Source of the DNA: Deltaproteobacteria bacterium
Lineage (GTDB): Bacteria; Desulfobacterota; Binatia; HRBIN30
Direction of reading: 5' to 3'
Assembly: GCA_016200585.1 (NCBI GenBank)
Contig: JACQEN010000136.1
Span: 19,499 to 83,498 of the forward strand
DNA: 64,000 nt
Part shown: one piece after another, positions 40,755 through 50,526 of the stretch
Layout: the number at the start of each line of letters is the position of its first letter
How positions within the stretch are numbered: the first letter of the stretch is position 1
Program-made: the position numbers and the translations under genes
Notes under the pieces: model-generated
Databases searched by the model: none
The model's input: only the letters and a program-made list of their open reading frames with translations
Told to the model about the DNA's origin: nothing

Positions 40755-42020
40755 TCAGTTTGAGCGGCGCTGCGTTCTGAACTTCGCCCGGGGTGCTCGA
40801 GCAGGGCGCTTGGCCGTGGGCTTGTGGATCGACGCTGCGACGCGATCCAGGATGCGGTCGGCAACTTCGCCTTTCGTCATCAGGGGAACGTCCTCGCGTC
40901 CTCCGCTGCGATCGATGATCGTTACCGCATTGGTGTCGACCGCAAAGCCGGTGTCGGATCCGGCGACGTCGTTGGCGACAATCAAGTCGAGCTTCTTGGC
41001 TTCCAGTTTGCGCTGAGCATTTTCCAGCACGGCCTCGGTCTCGGCTGCGAAGCCGACGACGATGCGCTCACCCTTGTGCGCTGCGACATCCGCCAGGATG
41101 TCGACGGTGCGCACCAAATCGAGCTGCATGTCGCCGCTGCCTTTCTTGAGCTTTTGCGCGGCGACGTGCGCCGGCCGATAGTCGGCGACGGCCGCCGTCA
41201 TCAGCAGCACCGTCGCGGTGCCGATGTTCTTGCGCACGGCGTGGTGCATGTCGGCGGCACTCGCAACGTCGATGCGCTGCACTCCGTGTGGGGTTGCGAG
41301 GGAAGTTGGTCCGGCGATCAGCACGACCTCGGCGCCGCGCCGCCACGCCGCGGCCGCCAGGGCGAAGCCCATCTTGCCGGTCGAGCGATTGGAGATGAAG
41401 CGCACCGGATCGATGGCTTCGCGGTTGGGGCCGGCGGTGACGAGCACCCGCTGCCCGGCGAGATCACGTCTCGTGACCGCGCGCTCGACCTCGGCGACCA
41501 AGACCTCGGTGTCGGCCAGGCGACCCTTGCCTTCCCAGCCGCAAGCCAGAAAGCCTTCCCCCGGCTCGATGATGCGTACGCCGCGCGACCGCAGACGTTC
41601 GAGATTCTCCTGGACGACGACATTCTCGTACATGTTGACGTTCATCGAGGGAGCCATCAGCAACGGTGCCTTGGTGGCGAGGATGACGGTGGTGACGATA
41701 TCGTCGGCCAAACCGCCGGCGATCTTGCCGATACAGTTGGCGGTCGCGGGCGCGACGATCAGGGCGTCGGCGCGATCGGCCAAGTGAATATGGCCGATCT
41801 GGGATTCTTGCGTCAGATTGAATATCTCGGTTGCCACGGGATGTCCGGAGAGGGTCTGCAACGTCAGCGGTGTGATGAACTCGCGGGCTGCCGCGGTCAT
41901 CATCACTCGCACCGATGCGCCGCCGCGGACCAGGGCGCGTACCAGCTCCGCCGCCTTGTAACAGGCGATTCCGCCGGTCAGTCCGACGACGACGGTCTTG
42001 CCTTCAAGCGGCTTTGGCAT
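40755..42020 (-). CDS. coaBC: bifunctional phosphopantothenoylcysteine decarboxylase / phosphopantothenate--cysteine ligase
   Basis: N-terminal flavoprotein domain (KTVVVGLTGGIACYKAAELVR) and C-terminal DFP ligase domain (AGPTSLATP...). 421 aa. Confidence 0.9.
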   Translation of the reverse strand: MPKPLEGKTVVVGLTGGIACYKAAELVRALVRGGASVRVMMTAAAREFITPLTLQTLSGHPVATEIFNLTQESQIGHIHLADRADALIVAPATANCIGKIAGGLADDIVTTVILATKAPLLMAPSMNVNMYENVVVQENLERLRSRGVRIIEPGEGFLACGWEGKGRLADTEVLVAEVERAVTRRDLAGQRVLVTAGPNREAIDPVRFISNRSTGKMGFALAAAAWRRGAEVVLIAGPTSLATPHGVQRIDVASAADMHHAVRKNIGTATVLLMTAAVADYRPAHVAAQKLKKGSGDMQLDLVRTVDILADVAAHKGERIVVGFAAETEAVLENAQRKLEAKKLDLIVANDVAGSDTGFAVDTNAVTIIDRSGGREDVPLMTKGEVADRILDRVAASIHKPTAKRPARAPRAKFRTQRRSN

Positions 42021-43125
42021 CGCTGGCGGTGACCTCTTCGAGCTGTCGCAAGCTCATTCCCTCACGTGTCAGCGAGTATACGCCTGCGGCGATGGTTCCG
42101 ACAAACTGCATGAGGTGAACGATGATGGAAAAGGCAAAAGCGTTGCTTTCGGCGACGTGAAAAATTCCCAGGCCAAGTGTGCAGCCGAACTGGAAGGCTC
42201 CGATGAAGCCCGGTGCGGATGGGGCGGACACGACGATGGCCGTGATCGCCGTGATGACGACCGAGGCGACGACCAGGGGGACCGGTAGGTCGAAGGCCAA
42301 CAGGCCGAAGGCGAAAACGCTGGCAATCGCCGCCCACAGACAAAGCGACCAGGCGGCAATCGCGAGAAAGGTCGGGGGGCTGTCGAGAATTTCCAAGGCT
42401 TGGACGAAGCCGCGAAAGAAATGTTCGACCGGTTCGGCGAAACGAACCGGGAGCGGACGCAAGACGATCTGCAGCATTCGCAGGGCGAAGGATTCTTGCC
42501 AGCGCACGAACAGAACGCCGGCGCTCATGACGATTGCAAAGCCGCACAGGCGGTAGCCCCAATCGCGGATCGCCGGGGAGAAGCTGACGGTCGCTGCCGA
42601 TACGCCGAACAACAGTAATACCGTGAGCAGGTCGGAGACGCGCTCCAAGACGATGGTTGCCAGGATTCCCCCGAGCGGTTGCTTTTCCTTGCGGCTCAGC
42701 AGCACGGGACGAATCACTTCGCCCATGCGCAGCGGCAACACCATGTTCGCCATGAACCCGATGTTGGTGGCGGCGATCAGGCTGCTCATCTGCGGCTTGC
42801 CGAGGGGCCGCAGCAGAACGCGCCAGCGCAGGGCGCGGATGTACAGCGTCAGCAAGGTCGCACCCAGCATCGGCAGTGTGTAGATGTAGTGCGCGCTGGT
42901 CAGGGCCTGCAGCGCCTTGTCCCACTCGACGCCGCGCGCCGCGAAGTAGAGGCAGACGGCCGAGATGGCGATGCTCAGGCCGATGCGCAGACCGCGACTC
43001 ATGGTCGCGGTTCCGGCGCCGTCGATGGGGCTGGATTCGCGGCTACTCGGTGTGTCGCCGGCGACATTCCCCATGCCAGTAGACCGAGGCCGGCGGCGAT
43101 CAGCGCACCGCCGCACCAAATGCAT
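42004..43125 (-). CDS. flippase-like membrane protein (lysylphosphatidylglycerol-synthase TM-region family, TIGR00374-like)
   Basis: 8 TM. Motif LRALRWRVLLRPLG...LAATNIGFMANMVLPLRMGEV. The start is uncertain. Overlaps the coaBC start by 17 bp. Confidence 0.6.
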   Translation of the reverse strand: MHLVRRCADRRRPRSTGMGNVAGDTPSSRESSPIDGAGTATMSRGLRIGLSIAISAVCLYFAARGVEWDKALQALTSAHYIYTLPMLGATLLTLYIRALRWRVLLRPLGKPQMSSLIAATNIGFMANMVLPLRMGEVIRPVLLSRKEKQPLGGILATIVLERVSDLLTVLLLFGVSAATVSFSPAIRDWGYRLCGFAIVMSAGVLFVRWQESFALRMLQIVLRPLPVRFAEPVEHFFRGFVQALEILDSPPTFLAIAAWSLCLWAAIASVFAFGLLAFDLPVPLVVASVVITAITAIVVSAPSAPGFIGAFQFGCTLGLGIFHVAESNAFAFSIIVHLMQFVGTIAAGVYSLTREGMSLRQLEEVTASDAKAA

Positions 43126-43209
43126 CCGGCGTCGAGGGCGAGCCCGGCCCCGAGCATCAAAGTGAAAACTCCGCCGACCCGCTTTTCACGCGCCGCCAGG
43201 GTGTCGGCA

Positions 43210-43977
43210 TCAGGCATCGGGCTCTCCGAGGACGCGCCACACATGGACGACACGCTGGATCGCGGTGAAGTTGACGAGCAATCCGAGCACGACGATGGCC
43301 AAGGCGACGAGCAGGTGCGGCGGCGGTGCAAACCACGGCGCTGCGATGTGATCGAACAAGACACCGAAGATGGTGCCGAAGCCGAGGAGGACGTAGCGTT
43401 CCGGCCGCTGCAGGAGGCCAACTTTGCACTCGGCACCCAGACCCTCAGCACGGGCTCGGGTGTAGCTGACCATCATTCCGCCCAGAAGGGCCAGAAGCGC
43501 TGCCCACAAGATCCACGAGTCGCGAAAGAAGATGGCCAGTCCGATGAAAGCTGCCGAGTCGGCATAGCGGTCGATCACGGAATCGAGAAATGCGCCGCGC
43601 TTGCTGGCGCCGCTGGTGCGACGCGCCACGCGACCGTCGACAATGTCGAGCGAGCCGGTGGTGAGCAAGAGCCAGCCACCGGTGAACAACCAGCCGCGAG
43701 CGTACAAATAGCCAACGACGATACTGGCGGCGAGTTGAGTGTAGGACAGAACTGCTGGGGTTACGCCCCACTGGATGCAACGTTCTTCGATCGGTTGCAG
43801 GTGGGCGACGTACCAGCCGCGAATTCCCGGACCGAGAACCAGCGAACCACCGCCAGCCTCGGGAGCACCTTCGGTGCGTAGGAAGTTGCGGATGCTCGAC
43901 GTTCCGACGATCAGGATGAACGCCAAGACCGCGAGCGCGAAGAGAGAGTCAAAGACTGAGCCCGCAGCGTCCACCAT
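43210..43977 (-). CDS. CDP-alcohol phosphatidyltransferase family protein
   Basis: DIVDGRVARRTSGASKRGAFLDSVIDRYAD matches D-G-x2-A-R-x8-G-x3-D-x3-D. Multiple TM helices. Confidence 0.8.
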   Translation of the reverse strand: MVDAAGSVFDSLFALAVLAFILIVGTSSIRNFLRTEGAPEAGGGSLVLGPGIRGWYVAHLQPIEERCIQWGVTPAVLSYTQLAASIVVGYLYARGWLFTGGWLLLTTGSLDIVDGRVARRTSGASKRGAFLDSVIDRYADSAAFIGLAIFFRDSWILWAALLALLGGMMVSYTRARAEGLGAECKVGLLQRPERYVLLGFGTIFGVLFDHIAAPWFAPPPHLLVALAIVVLGLLVNFTAIQRVVHVWRVLGEPDA

Positions 43978-44027
43978 GTACGGCTATACCCAACGACTGG
44001 AAGCGCGGCAATCGATGATCGCGGCGA

Positions 44028-44360
44028 TTACCTGCGAAAGCGCGACGGGAACGGCTCGGCGATAGTGCGATGGGGGTGCAGGGATCGGGCGCGCGAAATC
44101 AGCATGTCTTCCGATTCTGCGAGATCGGGATCGGGCAGGCAGCATTCGATGGGGCACACGGCGGCGCATTGTTCCTCATCGAAGAAGCCGACACACTCGG
44201 TGCACAGGTCGGGAACGATGAAGTAGTAGTCGTCGCGCAAGGCCTGCTGCCGGACCCCGTCCTTCTCCCAGGTGCAGCCGCCCTGGTAGATGGCGTTGTT
44301 CGGGCATTCGGGTTCGCAAGCGCCGCAGTTGATGCAATCGTCGGTGATCAGCGTGGCCAT
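44028..44360 (-). CDS. 4Fe-4S ferredoxin
   Basis: Two Cys clusters: CINCGACEPECP and CTECVGFFDEEQCAAVCP. 110 aa. Confidence 0.8.
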   Translation of the reverse strand: MATLITDDCINCGACEPECPNNAIYQGGCTWEKDGVRQQALRDDYYFIVPDLCTECVGFFDEEQCAAVCPIECCLPDPDLAESEDMLISRARSLHPHRTIAEPFPSRFRR

Positions 44361-44366
44361 GCTCGT

Positions 44367-45434
44367 CTATCCTAGGATGGTCGGTGGACTTGCGGCTTCA
44401 CGACCCGCTTCGATCGCGCCAAGCAGGCGCTCGGCGACTTCCAGGAAAATTCGACTGACGGGGTGTAGGGGCTGCTGAAGGAAGAGCGGCTTGCCGCTGT
44501 CGCCAGCGGTGCGGAGCTCGGGCACGAGCGGGATCTTGGCGAGGACGGGTACGCCAAAGTCGGCGGCGAGGCGATCGGCGCCGCCCGATCCAAAGATGTC
44601 ATCGTGCGTGCCGCAGCGGGGGCAGACATAGTCGCTCATATTTTCGATGACGCCGAGGACGGGAGTGTTGACTTGCTGAAACATGGCGATGCCACGTTCG
44701 ACGTCGAGTGTGGCGACGTCTTGCGGTGTGGTCACGACGACGCCGCCGGCAAGCGGAACTTGCTGGACCAGGGTGAGCTGTGCGTCGCCCGTTCCCGGCG
44801 GCATGTCGACGAGGAGAATATCCAGACCCTCCCAAGCGACATCCTTCAGAAACTGGCGCACCGCACCCATCACCATCGGCCCGCGCCAAATCACCGGCGA
44901 GCTCTCGTCCAAGAAGAAGCCGATCGACATGAGCTTCAGCCCATATCGTTCGATGGGGACGATCCGTTTGTCGCTGGTCATCGCCGGCTTTTCGTTGATG
45001 CCGAACATGATCGGCAGGCTCGGGCCGTAGATGTCCGAATCGAGCAGGCCGACGCGTTGGCCGAGATGACTGAGGGCCAAGGCGAGATTGGCGGCGATTG
45101 TCGACTTTCCGACGCCGCCTTTGGTGCTGGAGACGGCGACGATGTCGCGCACGCCCGGCAAAGGTCCGAGGTCACCGTACGGGCTCGGGCGTGTTGGCGC
45201 TTCGATCTCGACGTGCACCTGGCCGGTGCCGGCGAGGGCGCCGACGGCGCGGCGAATATCGGCCACCAACACATTGAGGGTCTGTTGCGGCATACCGGGA
45301 GTAGCGAGCCGAATCCGAATGTTGCCTTCGACGATGTCCACGGCGCGTACAAGGCCGGCACGGACGATGTCCTGCTGCGAACCAAGGGGTTTGATTTCGG
45401 TCAATCGTTCGCGAATGTCTTCGATACGCGGCAT
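44367..45434 (-). CDS. apbC: Mrp/NBP35-family iron-sulfur cluster carrier ATPase
   Basis: P-loop (VSSTKGGVGKST), CxxC motif (CPRCG) and an N-terminal DUF59-like domain. The ATG start overlaps the upstream gene's stop (ATGA). Confidence 0.9.
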   Translation of the reverse strand: MPRIEDIRERLTEIKPLGSQQDIVRAGLVRAVDIVEGNIRIRLATPGMPQQTLNVLVADIRRAVGALAGTGQVHVEIEAPTRPSPYGDLGPLPGVRDIVAVSSTKGGVGKSTIAANLALALSHLGQRVGLLDSDIYGPSLPIMFGINEKPAMTSDKRIVPIERYGLKLMSIGFFLDESSPVIWRGPMVMGAVRQFLKDVAWEGLDILLVDMPPGTGDAQLTLVQQVPLAGGVVVTTPQDVATLDVERGIAMFQQVNTPVLGVIENMSDYVCPRCGTHDDIFGSGGADRLAADFGVPVLAKIPLVPELRTAGDSGKPLFLQQPLHPVSRIFLEVAERLLGAIEAGREAASPPTILG

Positions 45435-45784
45435 CAGCGGTCCGATCGAGGTGCGGGGCGCTGACAGAGATCGCACCGGCACAGCTGCCGCAGCGTTTCA
45501 TAGCTGTAGATGCCGGTATCGTGGCCGTCGCTCCATTGAATGTTAATCGCGTAGCGGCCGACAACGCCGATTTGAGTCGGATGAAGGTCGCCGCCGCTAG
45601 CGACAACCGGTAGCGAAAAGCGCATGGGCTTGCCTTCGCGGCAGGCGGCGCAGGGACAATTGTCACGCAAATAGCGATTCGGGTAGATGCTGTGATGCGC
45701 ATCGTCCCAAACGACCTCGAGACTCTCGGTGCCGACGCGTTTGATCGTCGTGGGTCGATAGGATTGCGTCGTCAAACCGCTCAT
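45434..45784 (-). CDS. DUF971-family small protein (gamma-butyrobetaine hydroxylase N-terminal-like zinc ribbon)
   Basis: 116 aa with paired Cys motifs (CPCAAC...CRCDLC), typical of DUF971 proteins. These are often found next to mrp. Confidence 0.55.
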   Translation of the reverse strand: MSGLTTQSYRPTTIKRVGTESLEVVWDDAHHSIYPNRYLRDNCPCAACREGKPMRFSLPVVASGGDLHPTQIGVVGRYAINIQWSDGHDTGIYSYETLRQLCRCDLCQRPAPRSDR

Positions 45785-45866
45785 TGCAATCGAAGCTAAC
45801 GACCAGATAGGCGAAAAGCAACGCGCTGCGAGGCGCTCACCGAAAGCGCACGAAGGACTCCGTAGC

Positions 45867-46716
45867 TTGACTCGCTGGAGCTTTTGCCCTTATCTGGACT
45901 TCAACTTCAGCCAAGGATTCTATGTGTCGGTAGGGACGAAAAGCCAGGCGCGAGAGACGCGCGATGAGGCTACCGGTTGGGTCCTTGCCGATGTCTTGGA
46001 CCTGGTCGAATCACGCCTTGCCGACCTGCTGCGCTCACGCGAGCCCCTGCTCACCGAGATCTCCAACTACTTGGTCGGCGCGGGGGGAAAACGCGTCCGA
46101 CCGGCTGTAACGACGCTGATCTTTCGTGCCTGTGGTGGACGCGAAATGCGCGACATCGGCGGCGGAAGCCTGCATCAGCTTGACGGAAGGCGAGATCATG
46201 CAGGGGCGCTTTCGCCACAATCCCGATGTCACCCTGGCGGACTACCTGGAGATCATCAGCCGCAAGACGGCGAGCATCTTCCAGCAAGGGGCGCGCACCG
46301 CAGCCTATCTGGCGGGGGCGAGCGACAAGCTGGTCGAGGCGATGGCGGATTGCGGCTTCAACGTCGGCATGACGTTCCAGGTCGTCGACGATTTGCTCGA
46401 CATCGAAGGCGACGAGGAGCGCTTCGGCAAGCCGATTGGAATCGACCTTCGGGACGGGAATCCTTCGTTGCCGTTGGTCTTGGCGATCGGCCGCGATGCG
46501 TCGCTGGCCGACGTTTTTGCGCGCCGCGAATTGACCGCCGAGGAAATCGACGCAGCGAGAATGCGCCTGCGCGCTTCCGGGGTCATTCCGGAGGTCCGCC
46601 GTATGGCGGCGGAATACGGCGGGAGAGCGCGTCAGAGTCTGCTGCTGTTGCCGCCGTCGACGGACAAGGACCAGCTGCTGGCGCTGATCGATCAGCTCCT
46701 CGATCGCGCCGTCTGA
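45867..46716 (+). pseudogene. polyprenyl diphosphate synthase remnant: frameshift plus loss of the first DDxxD (FARM) region
   Basis: The N-terminal frame has ...YLVGAGGKRVRPAVTTLIFRACGG. The C-terminal frame (46126..46716) has ...YLEIISRKTASIF...GMTFQVVDDLLDIEG...(second Asp-rich motif). The two parts are in different frames. Only about 40 nt separate them, where about 150 nt encoding the first DDxxD would be expected. Confidence 0.5.
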
Positions 46717-46753
46717 TTGCAGGATCGACGGACGGAGTTCCGGTCTCCGTTCC

Positions 46754-47887
46754 TCACTCGAGGATGCCGATACCGTCGGGAAAGTCGAGGTTGGTGTCCA
46801 TTGTGTCGGGTGCCTGGAGCGTGCCGCTGACGAAACGAATACGGCGGACGGTACCGGTTCTCGAACCGGGACCGATGTCGAGACCGTTCTGCACGATGCC
46901 GATGTCGGCGTAGTAAAGGTTCCCGGCGGAGTCGAGGCCGAGACCGAGCGGCGTTCCGGTCGACGGGTAGGGCAGTGATTGGCCGCTCACCGGCTGCAGA
47001 ATGTTGCGCTTGAACTTTCCCTGCGCGTCGTACTCGGCGATGACGCCGTTGAACACGCTCGAAACGTAGAACGTGCCACTTTGACTTTGGACGATGGCGT
47101 TGGGTGTGCGGATGTGGCCATCCATCGGGATGAACAACTCCTTGGTCACGCTATCGGCCAGCGGAGCACCGGACGAATCTGTTTTGCCGCAACCGCCGGC
47201 CGCAGTGTCGGAGGTTGGGAACGGGCCGGTGTAGCGGTAGATGCCCGGCGTGACGCGTGCGCTGGCGACATAAATTCGGTCTTGGGAGTCAACCAGGATG
47301 CCGCCGGCGGTCCCGATGGTGATGTCGAGCTTGCAGTAGCGCGGGGTTGCCGAGTCGAACGGGGGAAACCACACGACCAGCTGTCCGTTGCCGGGGCCGG
47401 AGGCTTGGTCGCCCACGTCTGTGGTGAGCAGCCTACCGTCTTTCAGAAACCCGCAGCCGTAATTTTCGGCGTTGTCCGGCGAGCTTTGATAGGTCGGCGA
47501 CAGCTTGCCGATCTGCGTCAGCGAGAGCTCGCCGATACGTGTCCCGTGCAATTGGAAGAGGCCCCAGCCCTGCGGCGGATTGGGCTGCCCGGTGTCTTCG
47601 CCGGCGATAAAACGCCGCGAACCATCGTGCAGGAAACAGATCTGGCCGTTGATGTCGCGGCCGTTGGGATCCTCGCTGTGATTGTGGTCGACCACCTGTT
47701 TGCGAAAGTTGTCGTTGGGGTCGTACGCATCCAACCGATTGTTCTCGGCGTTGAAGACCAGCACCGACGGGGTTGTGCTTGCCGCGCGGTCATCATCGTT
47801 GCCGCAGCTCGTGAGGCACAACGTGCCGAGAACGACGAAGAAGAGAACTCCTAGCCCGATCCGATAGCGCCGCATACGCGGCTGCAA
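46754..47887 (-). CDS. hypothetical lipoprotein, beta-propeller-like
   Basis: Signal peptide with lipobox (LCLTSCG). Repeated ...RIYVAS..., ...TFYVSS..., ...NLYYADIG... motifs suggest NHL/SMP-30-like blades. Confidence 0.45.
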   Translation of the reverse strand: MQPRMRRYRIGLGVLFFVVLGTLCLTSCGNDDDRAASTTPSVLVFNAENNRLDAYDPNDNFRKQVVDHNHSEDPNGRDINGQICFLHDGSRRFIAGEDTGQPNPPQGWGLFQLHGTRIGELSLTQIGKLSPTYQSSPDNAENYGCGFLKDGRLLTTDVGDQASGPGNGQLVVWFPPFDSATPRYCKLDITIGTAGGILVDSQDRIYVASARVTPGIYRYTGPFPTSDTAAGGCGKTDSSGAPLADSVTKELFIPMDGHIRTPNAIVQSQSGTFYVSSVFNGVIAEYDAQGKFKRNILQPVSGQSLPYPSTGTPLGLGLDSAGNLYYADIGIVQNGLDIGPGSRTGTVRRIRFVSGTLQAPDTMDTNLDFPDGIGILE

Positions 47888-47923
47888 ATCACAATCGGCA
47901 ATTCTCTGTCAACGCGCTTAGCG

Positions 47924-49201
47924 TCAAGCCGACGCGGTGGACTCGTCGGGGTTTTTTGCGGTCGGCTCGTACGCGGTTTGGACGGAGGCCGTCCTTCCGG
48001 GTTGGAGCCTTTCCATCGTGCCGTCGGAGCGGACGCGAAAGGCGTGACCGCTCCAATGCACCGTGTCACCGAGAAAGGCCAACAGCCAGACGGCGGTGCC
48101 GAGCGCGTCCTTCAAAAGGATGGCAAAGGTTTCGGACAAACCGAGCGACGCTTTGAGATAGCGATTGGCGATCACGTTGGCGCTGATCAAGCGAAGAGCG
48201 ATCAGTCCGCCGGCGACGCCGCAAGCCGAAAGACTGAAGCCGTTCCAAATCAAACTGAGTACTGCCCACAGGGTGCCGTAGGTCAGGACCAATCCGAAGT
48301 ACCCACCGCGACGGACGCTGCGATAGGTGCGAGCCCAACGCACCTGGTGATCCAGGAGCCGCCTCCAGCTGCCCACCGCCAGAACGGTTTCGACGACCAT
48401 GCTCGAGATCGCCACGCGGTAGCCTTTGGCGACGGCACGATTGCCGATGAAGAAGTCGTCGGCGAGGCAGTTGGACACGGACAGGAATCCACCGATCTCG
48501 TTGAGCACGTTACGGCGCAGGGCCATCGTCGCGCCAAAGGCGTAACTGGTTTTCTCCACCAACCGTGCCACCAGGATGCTGGGGCCGAAATCGACGTTGA
48601 TGAACAACGATTCGAGGAGGGTTGGCAGGCCACCGGTGCTTACCGCGCGGTAGATGCAGGTAACCACGCCGACCTTCGGGTCGGCGAGCTCCTGGGCGAT
48701 CCGCTGCAGGTACTGCGGACCGACTCGGATGTCGCTGTCGGCGATGACGACGATGTCGTACCGCGACACCTTGTCCATGTTGTGCAGGTTGCTGATCTTG
48801 TAGTTCGTGCCGTAGATCCGTCCGTCGACCACCAGGTCGATCTGGATGTGTGGATACTGAGCCTGCAGGCGGCGCACGACGGCGATCGCCGGGTCGTCGG
48901 CATCGGCAACCCCGAAGACGATTTGAAACTTGGGGTAGTCTTGCCGGCAGAAGGTCGATAGGTTTTCAAAAAGGTCGGCGTCCAGCCCTTTCAGCGGTTT
49001 GAGCACCGTGATGCCCGGCAGGTCCGCAGCGATTGGTTCTCCTCGGGGCCGACGAAAGAATAGCCGGGCGCCGACGTACGCCATGCAATAGTACCAAGCG
49101 GAAACCAGGAGGCCGACGGCTAGGATCGCTTGCGGGAGAAAGTGTAAGAGCTGCTGGATACCCATGTCCCTTAACCAATTGGTTAGCGTTCGATGCAGCA
49201 A
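47924..49201 (-). CDS. GT2-family glycosyltransferase of the ceramide-glucosyltransferase / HpnI type
   Basis: LPGITVLKPLKGLDADLFENLSTFCRQDYPKFQIVFGVADADDPAIAVVRRL...GTNYKISNL...VIADSDIRVGPQYL is the conserved pattern of this GT2 subfamily. N-terminal TM helix. Confidence 0.7.
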   Translation of the reverse strand: MLHRTLTNWLRDMGIQQLLHFLPQAILAVGLLVSAWYYCMAYVGARLFFRRPRGEPIAADLPGITVLKPLKGLDADLFENLSTFCRQDYPKFQIVFGVADADDPAIAVVRRLQAQYPHIQIDLVVDGRIYGTNYKISNLHNMDKVSRYDIVVIADSDIRVGPQYLQRIAQELADPKVGVVTCIYRAVSTGGLPTLLESLFINVDFGPSILVARLVEKTSYAFGATMALRRNVLNEIGGFLSVSNCLADDFFIGNRAVAKGYRVAISSMVVETVLAVGSWRRLLDHQVRWARTYRSVRRGGYFGLVLTYGTLWAVLSLIWNGFSLSACGVAGGLIALRLISANVIANRYLKASLGLSETFAILLKDALGTAVWLLAFLGDTVHWSGHAFRVRSDGTMERLQPGRTASVQTAYEPTAKNPDESTASA

Positions 49202-49319
49202 AAACCCACGACGTGGCGGGCCTCAATTCAGTGTTGTCTTGGTGCCCATCTACCGAATGGTCAGGTTTGAGTCAAACCCGGGTGGGGTTGGCTAGCGGAG
49301 CGAGGATACGTAAAAGAGG

Positions 49320-50321
49320 GTGGAGATGCGGATCGTGCGCCGTGTTCTTCTGACTGCCGCCACTGCGACGGCATGGGTGGTCGCTGCCGGGGGGTGGTGT
49401 TGGTATCAGATCAACGTCGAACCTGCCGCCGTGCCCGGTGGTGCGCTCGTTTCAATCAGCAGCGGCCAGCCGTTCGCAAAGACGGCGCAGCAGCTCGAAG
49501 CAGCTGGCGTCGTACGATCGGCCCTGGTCTTACGCTTGTTGGCGCATTGGACCGGCAGCGATCGGCAAGTCCACAGCGGCGACTTCCGATTCGACAAACC
49601 GCTGAGGGTAACCGACGTCTTGGAGGTTCTCGGCAAGCGCGGCAACGGTCTGCACAAGGTGACGATTCCCGAGGGCAGCACGCTTCGCGATATCGCCGAT
49701 CTGTTGCGTGCCGCCGGCTTCGGCGGCAGCGACCAGTTTCTCTGTCTGACGAGTGATCCGCGCTTCCTCGAAAGCCTTGATCTGCCGGGAAGCGGTGCGG
49801 AAGGATACTTGTTCCCCGACACGTATAGCTTCTCGTGGAGCGTTGCCCCGGCCGAGATTCTGCAAGCCATGACGGCACGGTTCCGGGAAAACGTTGCTGG
49901 CCTCGAGGCTCGGCGACGGCAATCGGGTCTGCGGCTCTCGGAGTTGGTGACTCTGGCGTCGATCGTTGAGAAAGAGACGGGTTCGCGTTTGGAGCGCAAC
50001 CTCGTGTCGGCCGTGTTTTACAACCGTTTGCGACTCGGTATGCGCCTGCAAGCCGATCCGACGGCGGTGTACGGTCGCGAGTCGGGGACGATTCCCAGCG
50101 CCGCCGACCTCGATATGGAGTCCCCCTACAACACCTACCTCCATGCGGGTCTGCCGCCAGGGCCCATTTGCAGCCCCGGTCTGGCTGCGCTCGAGGCTGC
50201 CCTTTCTCCTGCCAACGTCGACTATCTCTATTTCGTCGCCAGGGGCGACGGTATGCATGCATTTGCAAGCAATCTCGACGAGCACAACCGCAACGTCGCC
50301 CGGCTGCGACATGGGCGCTGA
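49320..50321 (+). CDS. mltG: endolytic murein transglycosylase MltG (YceG family)
   Basis: N-terminal TM, then YceG motifs (KVTIPEGSTLRDIADLL...SPYNTYLHAGLPPGPICSPG...DYLYFVA). Confidence 0.85.
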   Translation: MEMRIVRRVLLTAATATAWVVAAGGWCWYQINVEPAAVPGGALVSISSGQPFAKTAQQLEAAGVVRSALVLRLLAHWTGSDRQVHSGDFRFDKPLRVTDVLEVLGKRGNGLHKVTIPEGSTLRDIADLLRAAGFGGSDQFLCLTSDPRFLESLDLPGSGAEGYLFPDTYSFSWSVAPAEILQAMTARFRENVAGLEARRRQSGLRLSELVTLASIVEKETGSRLERNLVSAVFYNRLRLGMRLQADPTAVYGRESGTIPSAADLDMESPYNTYLHAGLPPGPICSPGLAALEAALSPANVDYLYFVARGDGMHAFASNLDEHNRNVARLRHGR

Positions 50322-50526
50322 GCTTTCGATTCAGCAAGGAGCGCGTTGCGCGAATTGCGACGGATGACGGTGTCCCGACTTGATTCTGCCTGCGAAACTC
50401 GCCAAATACCGCCGTCGGAGGGGTCATGGCGGAGACTCTCGAAGCCTGCTGCCGGCGGGCGCGCGACACATACGTTGAACGAATTTCGAAGGTCATCACA
50501 AGTTACCCGGTGATCAAGTCGATCCC

